Below, in pieces: positions 1-12,048 of a DNA stretch of 64,000 nucleotides (position 1 is the first letter of the stretch; each line of letters starts with the position of its first letter). The notes beneath the pieces were generated by a model. That model had not been told where the DNA came from and searched no databases. It worked only from the letters and a program-made list of their open reading frames with translations. A program made the position numbers and the translations under genes. Source of the DNA: Eledone cirrhosa (Eukaryota); NCBI GenBank assembly GCA_964016885.1, contig OZ024742.1:103850001-103914000 (forward strand), read 5' to 3'.

Positions 1-2785
1 ATCCAAGAGACCAGGTGGAGGGGTGGGTCTGCTAGATTCATTGTGGGTAAAAAACGATGCTATAAGCTTTTCTGGGTGGGAAATGACGATGGGCTGGGTG
101 GGGTAGGAATCATGTTAGCAGAAAAATGGATAGATAAGATAATAGACGTAAATAGAGTGAACGACAGAATAATTAAAATAAGACTTGTCCTAAATAGAAC
201 TACTGTGACAGTAATATCTGCGTACGCACCCCAATCCGGACTGCCTGGCGTTATAAAAGACAGATTCTATGAGACATTGATGCTCACTACCTCCCAAATA
301 ACTGACAGTGACTACATAATTATTGCTGGCGACCTAAATGGTCATATTGGACAACATTGTGATGGCTATGACAGAATCCATGGAGGCTATGGGTTTGGTA
401 CTAGAAATGAGGAAGGCTCCAGAATCCTGGAATTCTGTGACGCAAATAACCTAACTGTCTGTAAAACACTAACTTCAAAAAATGAGACAATCACTTGATC
501 ACCTATAGATCAGGGGAACACGGCAGTCAGATAGATTATATCCTTACCAGAAGACGTGATAGAGTGTCTGTTGTAAACACTAAATCCCTCCCCCATGAAG
601 AATGCACCTCCCAACATAGACTCATAGTCAGCGACCTCATAGTCAGGACAAGACGTCCTCGACAACAGAGGAGGACTATCCTCAGGAGAAAAATATGGAA
701 GCTAAAGGACCCCACAACCAGTAATAAATTTAAAAGCATATTACTTGATGCTTTTGACAGTAAGGAAGAGCAATTAGTCGTACAATATAGAGGAACAGTG
801 GGAATTCCTGAAAGCTAACCTGCTGAAGGCGGCAGATGATGTCTGTGGCTGGAGGAGAGTGACGTGGAACAGTAAGGTGGAGGAGTCAATTAAGGCCAAA
901 AAGCAGGCTTGGAAAGTATGGCGGGATGGGCAAAGTAGAGAAGACTATCAAGTGGCCAGGGAAGCTAGGAGACAAGTGTACTTCGCAAGAAGGGAAGCAG
1001 AGGAAAGAAAGTTCAAGCACGTTCTACAATGCGAGGACCAAAAACGTGAAGTGTTCAGGATTGCTAGGCAATGTGTCAAGGAAAACAGTGATATTGTCGG
1101 GGAGAAGTGTGTCCTTAATGATGATGGTGTACTTGCCATCACTGATGCTGATAAGAACGTAGCTTGGAAGTGTCACTACAAAAGGCTACTAAATGAGGAG
1201 AATAATTGGGAGAAAGACAGTCTCCCCCACATCGATCCAATAGAGGGACCAGCAGTGCTAGTTGAAGGTAGTATAATAAGTAAGGCAATCAAAGATATGA
1301 AGACGGGTAAGGCGGGTGGGCCTTCGGAAATAGTTGCTGAAATGCTGAAAGCATCTGGAATGGTGGGACACACTATGGTCACCCGGATAGTAAACCAAGT
1401 CATACAGAATGGGGTCATTCCGAAGGACTGGCGTAGCAGCATCATCATTAACTGCTACAAGGGTAAAGGAGATGCCCTAGATAGGGGTAACTATAGAGGC
1501 ATTAAATTAATTGACCAGGTCATGAAGGTCACAGAAAAAGTAATAGCGCAACTAATCAGAGAGCGATTTGATCTAGATGAAATGCAGTTCAGGTTTGTGT
1601 CAGGTAAAAGTACCACAGACGCTCTTTTCATTGTACGACAACTACAGGAGAAGTACCTAGCTAAAATTAAATGGCTTGTGAGAGCTATATAAGCCATGTA
1701 TAAAGAAACAGTCAGCAAGGTTAGAATTAACAACGAATATAGTGAAGAGTTTAGCGTAAAAGTTGGTGTTCATCAGGACTCCGTCCTTAGCCCCCTCCTA
1801 TTTATTATTGCCCTTCAGGCTATAACAGAGGAGTTCAAGACCGGCTGCCCATGGGAACTTCTATACGCAAATGATCTAACGCTCATACTGAATCAATGGC
1901 CGAACTAGAGAAGAAATTCCAAATATGGAAGCATGGCCTAGAATCAAAAGGCCTTAAAATTAACCTGTCTAAGCACCAGTCCCATCTGGGAAATGGCCAT
2001 GCTCAGTGTGTAGGAAAGGAGTAGGCAGAAACTCCATTTTATGTCCCAAATGCAAAGTATGGGTGCATAAAAGATGTAGTGGGATCACAGGTAAGCTAAC
2101 TAAGAATATAGATTTTATATGTGGCCGGTGTTCTGGTGCAATAAGTAGCAGCAAGTGCCCACAGAATACTAGCTCATTCCATTGCACAGATGGTTCTATA
2201 GAAATAGTGGACACCTTCCGTTACCTGGGTGACAAAATCAGCAGTGGTGGAGGGTGCTCTGAAAGTACAGTAGCTAGAGTCAGAACGGGATGGAAAAAGT
2301 TCAGAGAGCTTATACCACTATTGGCTGCTAAAGTGTTCTCTCTAAAAATGAAAGGCAGGCTGTATGATGCCTGCATACGAACAGGAATGTTGCATGGCAG
2401 TGAGACCTGGGCATTGTGTGCAGAGGATTTACGCAAACTGGAGAGGAACGAAGCTTGCATGCTCCGCTTGATGTGTAATAGCAATATACGTGAACGGCAA
2501 AGCATAAACGAACTAAGGGAGAAATTAGGAATAAGAGGGATCAGATGCTGTTTACTCGAGAGAAGACTACGTTGGTATGGTCACGTGATGCGCATGAAAG
2601 ACGACAGCTGTATAAAAAAGTGCAGGGCGATAAAAATAGACGGTAGCCACGGAGTAGGCAGACCCAGAAAAACCTGGGACAACTTGATAAATTCCGACCT
2701 CACACACTTACACCTCTCCAAGACAATGCCACTGGACCGAGATCTTTGGCGCTACACAGTAATACAGAAGACCCACTTTGCCTAA
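1..2785 (+). pseudogene. Disrupted APE-RT polyprotein with an internal PHD finger
   Basis: ORF pieces 43-498, 495-818, 859-1692, 1696-1908 and 2006-2785. Frameshifts and stops are present. The DLEKAFD-type motif region is missing near 1666, and about 33 bp are deleted near 1973 relative to the 46.4-kb copy. Confidence 0.92.
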
Positions 2786-3167
2786 GTACAAAGCGAAACC
2801 TACAGTCAGTAGGCACCTCTAACAAAAATACACCCCCCCCCCGTCCCACTACCCCCGCCCCATCCACACCACCCCTTCCAATGTAATGTTATGTTGGTAC
2901 CACAACATCAAGTCCGAAACAAATGAGGTCGTGTAGGTGTCACGACAAAAAAACACACAGTCCACGCTGTAATGTGGCCGTGTAGGTAACACGGTAAAAA
3001 CCTCCCAGTCCACACTGTAAACGTGGTTGGTGTTAGGAAGGGCTTCCAGCCGTAGAAAACCCGCCAGACAGTCCTATACGAGCAAGACAACCAATCTTGC
3101 TTCAAGTGGAAAAATTCCCATCCAAACCCATGCTAGCGTGGAAGATGGACGTATGATGATGATGATG
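1..3167 (+). mobile_element. RTE-clade LINE, subfamily 1, runs off the left edge, inactive
   Basis: Starts in APE motif IQETRWRG, then SAYAPQ, AGDLNGH and SQIDYIL. RT motifs NYRGIKL, GVHQDSVLSPLLF, LLYAND, FRYLG and RRLRWYGHV follow. 3' UTR 2786-3167 ends in GGACGTA(TGA)n. Confidence 0.95.
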
Positions 3168-3520
3168 TAGATATGATACATCAAATAAAATTGTAATTGA
3201 CAATATAAACAAAAATTGAATGAAGACGTTGTTACACTGTCTTATGTAATCAGTAACGTAATCCATAATACATTAAAAAAAGACGATATATATAAACTGC
3301 ATTAGGAGAAAATTAGTGACAGAAAATTAGTATGTTTATTTAAGTGATCGTCACCGGAAGTGTTAACATCACACACTCTCTCTTTCTATATATATGGTAG
3401 TTGGTGACAACGATATACCGGAAGTGCAACTTTGAAAATAAGTCAATTTTAAATTTTTTATTTTTACGAAATTATTTTTGTTTACAAAATTTAGTAGATA
3501 AATTATGTAATATTCATTCA

Positions 3521-3703
3521 TTGGTGAATTGGCAGTATCAGTAGAGGGTCGGACATACTTTCCAGCGTAGTTACGTCCCTTTACGATCTGAGTTCAAATC
3601 CCGCCGAGGTTAACTTTCCCTTTCATCCTTACGGGGTCGATAAAATAAAAGTACCAGTAATGCACTGGGTAATTGCTGGCCTTGTGCCAAAAGTAGAAAC
3701 AAT
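3521..3703 (+). mobile_element. tRNA-headed SINE family S1 (Nin/Deu-like core, ...GAAACAATTATT tail)
   Basis: A-box-like TGGCAGTATCAG, B box GAGTTCAAATCCC, core CCTTTCATCCTTACGGGGTCGATAAAATAA. Near-TSD TATT(C/T)ATTCA at 3511-3520 and 3704-3713. Confidence 0.88.
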
Positions 3704-3714
3704 TATTTATTCAA

Positions 3715-3797
3715 AGTAATCCAACTTATTTTACTAACGGGATAAAAAAAAAAAAACGTACCCAGTCCTGCAGACCTTCCTTTATTATAGTTTAGAT
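3715..3797 (-). mobile_element. Possible Helitron 5' terminus fragment
   Basis: Minus strand begins A|TCTAAACTATAATAAAGGAAGG, resembling non-autonomous Helitron 5' ends. No matching 3' end was found. Confidence 0.35.
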
Positions 3798-4837
3798 GCA
3801 GCCATAGTAGTTTTGTATTTTCCAAGAATATGTTGTCACATTTGGTACAAGATGTTAAGAGTTAACAGGTATAGTCTTGAATAATCGCCCACCCCCATTC
3901 CACCCCTACTCCACCCCGCTTATTAAATCTTGCTAATCTATCTCCAGCAAAATTTTATTTTGTGGGAGCATTCCTGCGACAATTTTACTTATACATTAAA
4001 AAACATTACACATGACAAAAAAGTACATTACTAGAAATTCCATATGTTATAAAATGAATAGGATGGGTTGGGGTCTCAATATGTAAACTAAATCCTTTTT
4101 TTTTTTATAAAAAAAAAAAAAAAAATCAATAGAAACAACCTAGAAATATTACCCCCACTCCCACCCACCCGGTTATTCCAAGCCCCGCCCTCACTTATTC
4201 CAACCTTCCCCCCTTTATTTGGGACCCAAGAGTAAATGGTGTAGATTGTGCATCATTCTTGTCACTCATCATCTCTTTCTCGATGAATCCATATTCAAAG
4301 ATGTAGTCTTTGATCTTCTCGGGATATAATAAACAAGCTATATAGATCATGTTGTTTCCATGTGAACCACAAAGCCTGAATACTAACATTGATTTCTTTT
4401 TTGTAACTTCAGAAAACAAAACTGTCTCTTCACCGCATCCTTTACTACTAACTGATCATAGTCACTGTCATGTAACAAAATCTTCCAATGGCTTGATCAA
4501 AATTTCAAATGCATTCATGTGAAATATAAACCATTACTAACAGAATTAGATTTTTTGTTTATAATAAATATTACGTCACATTCATTTTTCCATGCTGTCA
4601 GTGGACATGAACTGCTGATGCTCTAATAAAATTGCAGTGGTAGTTATAGAGAGAATTAAATAAATATCTGTTTCCTAGTATATCACTTGTGACCACTTCA
4701 CAATTTCAAGGTATCAGGCATGAACTCCACAGTGCTGCATCCAAGAATAACTGATATATTAAAAATTAAGTCTATTTTTGAGTTACAACTGGACAAATTG
4801 ATAGATTATTAGGATACTGGCAAAAAGACCACGAGAT

Positions 4838-5098
4838 AATGATTTCTGCTTTAGGCATAAGACTAGCATTTTGGGAGAGTGGAGTTGATTAAATCAACCC
4901 CACTACTTTACATTCTGAGTTCAACTTTGCCTTTCATTCTTCTCTGGTCGATAAGACCGATACTTTACTTTATCGATCACAGAAAAATGAAAAGCAAAGT
5001 TGACCTCAGTGGGATTTGAACTCGGAATGTAAAGAGCCGTGGAACAAATATAGCTATGGCATTTTACCTGTTGTCCTAGCAATTTTGCCAATCAACCA
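4838..5098 (-). mobile_element. Decayed S1-type SINE(s), including a short oppositely oriented core fragment
   Basis: AAAGCAAAGTTGACCTCAGTGGGATTTGAACTC is the reverse complement of the B box plus core. Confidence 0.7.
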
Positions 5099-5366
5099 CT
5101 TTCGGGCAATAAGATCTTAATAAACTATCATCACAACTCTCTTGTGTCCATATGAATGACACTTGATTCACCACAGGTACTGGTTACCTAACTGTAGACA
5201 GTGTGCAACAGAAACAGAGGGTACACTATATTACAGACAAATATTTTGTTGTCTTGCAGTGCTGAATGAAAATCCTCCCATGGGCTTAAAGGAAGTGAGG
5301 GACAGCCACTCCAGTGTATCTTCCCTTGAATCTAAACATAAAGGCAGTCTTCAGTGGCGTGCCTCA

Positions 5367-5615
5367 TAGGTCATTCGAGCATAAGATATAATACTCCGCA
5401 GTATTAGTTCTGGCTCTCTGAGTTCAAATCCCACAGAGGTCAACTTTGTCTTCCATCTTTTTGAGGTCATTTTGAGTACCGAATTTGATTACTTCTTTGT
5501 CTCTTTTTCTCACTCTCTTTCCCTCTCTGGAAGAAAACGGCTATGTTCCTTCATGCCGTATGTCACAGCATCGGTCCGAAAATTCCACCAGGAGTTACAG
5601 GCCCATGTATACATA
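5367..5615 (+). mobile_element. SINE family S2 (S1-like head and core, different tail)
   Basis: B box and core followed by CTCTGGAAGAAA...CCACCAGGAGTTACAG. Related copies at about 11744-12048, 15505-15700, 41817-42115, 45987-46300, 52050-52310(-) and 59488-59790. Confidence 0.7.
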
Positions 5616-5877
5616 TATTTAGGTCAATGATGTTTTCTGCTAAATGCTCTAAGACAGGTCATTGTGAACATTTGGGTTAAATTTAAATCAATACTGAGGT
5701 CATAGGAAGCTATTTTATAATTGAAATAATCAATAAATGAGATTTCCAGAGACAAATAAATATAACTTGTTACACCTCACATATGTAGCTCATAACAGAG
5801 TCATAGGATCGCCATAGTAATATAGAGTGTGTCTTGGGTAATTTATATATGTATATATGGATAGATAGATGTGTATG

Positions 5878-6612
5878 TATGAGGTAGTATCAAAAAGTTT
5901 CCGGAATAGCTCTGTAGCACACCAACAGGTGGCAGCACAGGATTGTGCATGTAGTGATAGTTGTAACTATCGTAAGTCAGTGTACCAAGTGACAACATTG
6001 TTTACATCATGAGTTGTTAAATTGTGTTTTTCTGATCACGTCCATGTGCAAGTTAGTGATTACATCATTGGTATCAAGTTGGAATAAAGAGTTAACATGA
6101 AATTTTGCATTAAACTTGGAAAATCAGCCACAGAGACATTGAACAGGCTTCAGCAAGCTTATGGACACGAGGCAATGGGTCATTTGCAGTGTTTTGAGTA
6201 GCACAGGCACTTCCAAAGTGGTAGGATGTCTCTGGAAGACGACAAGCGATCTGGAAGACCTTCGACAAGCAACAATCCCAGAAATGTTGAAAAAATTAGG
6301 CAACTTGTGCATGAGGATCATCACAAGACGGTCAACAACTTTACTAACATTGTTGGTGTATCATATGGGTCAGTACAGGCAATCCTAAAGTCTGAACTGA
6401 ACAATGCACCCTGTCCACAAGTTTCTCACCAACACAACATGCCATCACTTCCACACTCGCCCTCCTCACCAGATTTAGTCCCTGCAGACTTCTTCCTTTA
6501 CCCAAAGATGAAAATAAAGCTCAAAGGTAGCTGTTTTTACACTGTTGCCAAGATCCAGCACGAATCACAGAAGATTCTCGAAAAGCTTCAAAAGATGACT
6601 ATGAGGCCGCAT
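5878..6612 (+). mobile_element. Internally deleted mariner (DD34D-type) remnant lacking its right TIR
   Basis: TA + TGAGGTAGTATCAAAAAGTTTCCGGAA left TIR. KFCIKLGKSATET...SLEDDKRSGRPSTS HTH region joined directly to PHSPSSPDLVPADFFLYPKMK. Confidence 0.88.
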
Positions 6613-8041
6613 TCCATAGTAGTTCTAGTGGTAGTATCCATAGTAGTTCTAGGTGGTAGTATCCATAGTAGTTCTAGTGGTAGTATCCATAGTAGTTCTA
6701 GTGGTAGTATCCATAGTAGTTCTAGTGGTAGTATCCATAGTAGTTCTAGGTGGTAGTATCCATAGTAGTTCTAGGTGGTAGTATCCATAGTAGTTCTAGG
6801 TGGTAGTATCCATAGTAGTTCTAGGTGGTAGTATCCATAGTAGTTCTAGGTGGTAGTATCCATAGTAGTTCTAGGTGGTAGTATCCATAGTAGTTCTAGG
6901 TGGTAGTATCCATAGTAGTTCTAGTGGTAGTATCCATAGTAGTTCTAGTGGTAGTATCCATAGTAGTTCTAGGTGGTAGTATCCATAGTAGTTCTAGGTG
7001 GTAGTATCCATAGTAGTTCTAGGTGGTAGTATCCATAGTAGTTCTAGGTGGTAGTATCCATAGTAGTTCTAGGTGGTAGTATCCATAGTAGTTCTAGTGG
7101 TAGTATCCATAGTAGTTCTAGTGGTAGTATCCATAGTAGTTCTAGGTGGTAGTATCCATAGTAGTTCTAGGTGGTAGTATCCATAGTAGTTCTAGGTGGT
7201 AGTATCCATAGTAGTTCTAGGTGGTAGTATCCATAGTAGTTCTAGGTGGTAGTATCCATAGTAGTTCTAGTGGTAGTATCCATAGTAGTTCTAGTGGTAG
7301 TATCCATAGTAGTTCTAGGTGGTAGTATCCATAGTAGTTCTAGGTGGTAGTATCCATAGTAGTTCTAGGTGGTAGTATCCATAGTAGTTCTAGTGGTAGT
7401 ATCCATAGTAGTTCTAGGTGGTAGTATCCATAGTAGTTCTAGGTGGTAGTATCCATAGTAGTTCTAGGTGGTAGTATCCATAGTAGTTCTAGTGGTAGTA
7501 TCCATAGTAGTTCTAGGTGGTAGTATCCATAGTAGTTCTAGTGGTAGTATCCATAGTAGTTCTAGTGGTAGTATCCATAGTAGTTCTAGTGGTAGTATCC
7601 ATAGTAGTTCTAGGTGGTAGTATCCATAGTAGTTCTAGGTGGTAGTATCCATAGTAGTTCTAGGTGGTAGTATCCATAGTAGTTCTAGTGGTAGTATCCA
7701 TAGTAGTTCTAGGTGGTAGTATCCATAGTAGTTCTAGGTGGTAGTATCCATAGTAGTTCTAGTGGTAGTATCCATAGTAGTTCTAGGTGGTAGTATCAAT
7801 AGTAGTTCTAGTGGTAGTATCCATAGTAGTTCTAGGTGGTAGTATCCATAGTAGTTCTAGTGGTAGTATCCATAGTAGTTCTAGTGGTAGTATCCATAGT
7901 AGTTCTAGGTGGTAGTATCCATAGTAGTTCTAGGTGGTAGTATCCATAGTAGTTCTAGGTGGTAGTATCCATAGTAGTTCTAGGTGGTAGTATCCATAGT
8001 AGTTCTAGGTGGTAGTATCAATAGTAGTTCTAGTGGTAGTA
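6613..8041. repeat. Minisatellite, 58 units of TCCATAGTAGTTCTAG(G)TGGTAGTA (24/25 bp)
   Basis: Counted 21 x 24 bp + 37 x 25 bp = 1429 bp, which matches the span. Only two units carry a substitution (TCAATAG). Confidence 0.97.
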
Positions 8042-8375
8042 TCACTTTAGTATATACAATGGTAATTATACCAGAACATCGATAATATTTTCAAATGTTT
8101 ATCTACACTCCTTAATCCGAGCTTAAAAAACAATGAAATTTATTTCATTACTGTTACATAGCAACCTACCACATGCACAAATGCATGTACACATGCACAT
8201 ACACACACATATTTCTATTGTTCTTTCAAATCTAATATATAGGTTTGGTTATGCAAATAGAGTGAATAAGAGTGAAACAAAACTCAATACATACGTAGAG
8301 TGATTTATATTTTACTACAGCTCTGAATACCAGTGGCTTGAGGGGCAAGGGTGTCATGCTTACATGCACTTAAAA

Positions 8376-8543
8376 TCATCATCTTCATGATTTTACATCC
8401 ACTTTTCCATACTAGCATGGGTTGAAGAGGATGTTTTGAGAATGTTTACAGCCGGACGTCCTTCCTGATCAAACCCTTTTAGTTACCTTTTACGACACAC
8501 AGGGACATGCTGCATCTATTCTAAAAATCAGGAGACACTCGGC
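8376..8543 (-). mobile_element. Short bipartite RTE-derived non-autonomous element
   Basis: Minus strand: AGAATAGATGCAGCATGTCCCTGTGTGTCGTAAAAGGTAACTAAAAGG fused to the RTE 3' end (CCCATGCTAGTATGGAAAAGTGGATGTAAAA). Second copy at 58657-58809. Confidence 0.6.
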
Positions 8544-8599
8544 ACATATCTATCTATCTATATATATATACATACACATATATATCATCCCACCCATAT

Positions 8600-8925
8600 A
8601 CCTACGTCCCCAATTCCCCAGGCATCTTCCTCACACCCGTCTACCCAAGTCCAACCCCCAGCATAATGTGGTCCCCCTGGAACCACAACAAAAGCGCCCA
8701 GTCCACACTGGAAAGTGGTTGTGCAGGTGCCACAACAAAAAGCACCCAGCACACACACTGTAAATGTGGTTGGCATTCGGATGGGCATCCAGCCATAGAA
8801 ACGAAGCCATAATCAGTTGTGTGTGAGCGAAACATGGTCCTCCGACCTGATCTCTCATAAAGGGACAGCTCGCTCTACCCAGGCTAACATGGCAAATGGA
8901 TGTTAAATGATGATGATAATCATGA
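8600..8925 (+). mobile_element. RTE 3' UTR fragment
   Basis: GTGGTTGTGCAGGTGCCACAACAAAAAGCACCCAG unit, GGGCATCCAGCCATAGAAA and GGATGTTAAA(TGA)n tail. Confidence 0.8.
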
Positions 8926-9094
8926 TCATGATATATATTGGAAAATGTGAGAGAACCTTGGTACAGTAAGGTATATTTGAAAAAAAGGAAAAGAATGATT
9001 TCACTTGTAGTTGGTATTCTATAACAATTTAATTTTATAATTTTACAATTTTGCTATGTAGATCTAATCAATCTTCAATGGTAGTTACAGTCAA

Positions 9095-9731
9095 GTCATA
9101 GAAGGGACTCGAGTGAAGCCAGTTGTTTCACGCTCAGGAGCCAATACTGTTCCACATCATCATGATGTTGTTGATCCACTCATTAGAATCAGATACTGCT
9201 GCGACACATACTTAAGGAATGATCCATAAAAGTATGTTAAAGACCCAGAACAGGCGGAGATCATGCTGCTGAAGTCCCAACTACACTGGGTAGGGCACAT
9301 CTCCAGGACGAAAGATGATCGCCTGCCCAGGATCATGCTGTACGATAAATTTTCCACTGGCCATCATGACAGGGGGCACCAAGGAAATGATACACGGACC
9401 GTTTGAAAAATCCCTTTGTGCCTGTCACATTGACCCTCACAGGTGGTTCACCCTAGCTGAGAACCATGACACTTGGCATCTCAATCATGCTATCTCCATG
9501 CTATCTCCATTCTATCTCCTCCTTTGAAAACACCTGCAAAGTCACCCTCAAGGACAGAAGACCCAGAAGGAAGAACCACAACACCAAGTCATTAAAACCT
9601 GGCCAGACCTTCAACTGCAGCCACTGTGGCCGGGCCTGCCTGTCCAGAATTGGCCTGAATAGCCACGAGCATGCCTGCAGTCAACATGAACCACCTCCTT
9701 CATAATCTTCATTCGAAAAGCCAAGCCACGA

Positions 9732-9733
<2 letters not shown>
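9095..9733 (+). mobile_element. BovB-like RTE LINE 3' fragment with C-terminal C2H2-type zinc finger
   Basis: LKSQLHWVGHISRTKDDRLPRIMLY and FNCSHCGRACLSRIGLNSHEHAC, then a short 3' UTR ending GCCAAGCCACGATGAT. Confidence 0.85.

Positions 9734-9804
<71 letters not shown>
9734..9804. repeat. (TA)n microsatellite
   Basis: Pure AT dinucleotide run between two retroelement fragments. Confidence 0.97.
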
Positions 9805-9805
<1 letters not shown>

Positions 9806-9806
<1 letters not shown>

Positions 9807-10029
9807 AAGTCCACACTGTAAAGTGGTCATGTAGGTGCCACAACAAAAAGCACCCAGTACTCACTGTAAATGAGGTTGGCATTGGGGAGGGCATCCAACT
9901 GTAGAAACCAAGCCAAAATTGGTTCTGTATGAGCATGACATGGTCACTTGACTTAGCATTTCTCACAACAGGACAACTCATCTAACCCATGCCGGCGTGG
10001 GAAAATGGGTGTTAAACGGTGATGATGAT
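9806..10029 (+). mobile_element. RTE 3' UTR fragment
   Basis: Same unit and CCCATGCCGGCGTGGGAAAATGGGTGTTAAACGG(TGA)n end as the 22.4-kb LINE. Confidence 0.85.
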
Positions 10030-10913
10030 ATACTGCACTCAAGAAATTCAATTTTAGTATAGAGGGTATGGGATGAACAGACCTGTCTTTTAAACTATGC
10101 CACCAAAGAAAAACAGGCATAACAACAACAATGAGAACAATAACAATCTCGAAAGGTCTGGTCAGAGATTTTAACAAAACTGGGGGAAACAATATATAAA
10201 TGTCAATGTATAAAATAAACATTAGTATTCTTATAGAAGAAGATAGAACAGAAAATACCAATTAAACTGACATCAACAATAAAAATGATTTCTCTTTCTT
10301 CTCCTTTTCCCCCACATCATCATCCTCATTTACCCCAACATTGGATTGTCTGTAGAATCAACAAATATATGAAAGCTAAGTATTAGATAGGTGGGACCCC
10401 GATTTAAGTTTCAGTAATAAATAAATAAATAAATTAAAATAAAATGGCAAGCAAAGGTTAAGCAATAACACTTTCCACTTTTAAGAACATCAACAGATGG
10501 TATTCTCATATGTATATGTAGTAGATTAATTTGGGTGGTGTGTAGTGTTCTGTAAGAAGTGAAGAGATTCCAGCACCTCTACCACATCTCACTGCAAACA
10601 ATAACAGAAGGCAGCTGTTTGTGTAGAAATTAAAACATATATACAACAGATAGCAAAAGTAATTTATCTTTAAATTATGTTTATGGCACAGAAATAGAAC
10701 TGTTTGGAAACGGATGGTGGGGTGAGGTGGATGGGTAGACAGATGGAAATCATTCCCATCTAGAAATAAGCAGCATGCTTAGAAGGAAGTGATCGAAATA
10801 TATAATAGACTGATATCAACTATATTTTGGAGTCATATTATTTAACTTCCTTCCTTATGTTTCCCAATCAAGAATATCTACAGCAGATATTACATTCCCC
10901 ATGACTCTCATCA

Positions 10914-11344
10914 TTAACCCTTTCGTTTCCATATTTCTAATGAAAAACATTGGATATGATTTTTCAAATAATTTTGAAAATAAGCAAAAATTTGGAGGGA
11001 TTTAGTAATATAACTAACTTTTTCATTACTAAGCTGGTGTTTGGAACATAGCTTAAAGTTTCTTACATAGAATCATGATGGAAGGTTTTTAAATAGATAT
11101 AAGTACTTTAACCTTTCAGTACCATATTTCTAATGGAAGGCACTGGATATGATTTTTAAATCATTTTGAAAATAATAATGAATTTGGAGTGATTTTTTCA
11201 ATAATAAGCTGGTATTTGGAACATATAGGTTCTTACATAAAATTATGATGGAAGGTTTTTAAAAAAATATAAACACTTGACAACAAAGAGTTATGATCAT
11301 AGAGCCAGGGGCAGTTTCATGTACTTTGGTATCAAAAGGGTTAA
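10914..11344. mobile_element. piggyBac-type MITE family A with internal tandem duplication
   Basis: TTAA|CCCTTT ... AAAAGGG|TTAA. Other copies at about 24661-24912, 29540-29763, 30690-31109, 32205-32400, 39238-39505, 53320-53697, 58500-58903, 60590-60800 and 63460-63783. Confidence 0.75.
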
Positions 11345-11743
11345 AACACCCAAGAAATCTCTCATGATATGCAATCTCATTGGAAGTCTGCTAAACCTGC
11401 GTAGGTGTGAGCCATAAAAACAACAGATATAATTAAACATGAAATGACTGTTTGGCTTACTTTTATAAACATCTAAAGGGTGTGGCTACTACTTACACTA
11501 GTCCTTTAGATATTTATTTTTAGAGCCAGGACAACTATCATCATCAATGACATCACTGGGTTTTATATTTATTTTCCATGGTTGCAAGGGGTTATATAGG
11601 CTATTAATGGCATGTTGATCTGTGCTATGAGTAGAACCCAATTCTGTCATCATTGACAACTAATTGCGACACACCAATGTTAACTATCAAATGACATTTC
11701 ATCTTCATATATAAATACCCTGTGTGGCAAATTGGCAGAGTCA

Positions 11744-12048
11744 TCAGAACATCAGATAAAATTCTTTATGGTATTTGTTCCAGTCCTCTGCATTCTCTCA
11801 ATTCAAACCCCATCGAGGTCAATTTTGCCTTTCATCCTTTGAAAGCTGATAAAAAAGCACCAGTCTGGTACAGAGGTTGGTTTTTCTTCTATCTCTTTCT
11901 CTCTTCCTCTTCTGGAAGAAATTGGTTGTGTTCCAGCCTGGAGAAGAGAAGGGCTCTGCCAGGTTTAAAGTGCCCAAGACATGCTGTATGTCCCGACAAT
12001 GCCTCTATGACTCCACCAAGAGATACATGTTCATACAGATACATGGGG
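11744..12048 (+). mobile_element. SINE family S2
   Basis: TTGGCAGAGTCATCAGAA head, TTTGCCTTTCATCCTT core and S2 tail. Confidence 0.75.

Noticed and set aside
4195-4560. 74-aa minus-strand ORF as a host exon
   Set aside because: No recognisable family or clean splice sites. It abuts a probable MITE end (GACCCAAGAGTA, also near 24002), so it is likely decayed TE.
6613-8041. CRISPR-like array or Ser/Gly-rich protein repeat
   Set aside because: Units are contiguous with no spacers and no cas genes, in eukaryotic context. The 25-bp units break the reading frame.
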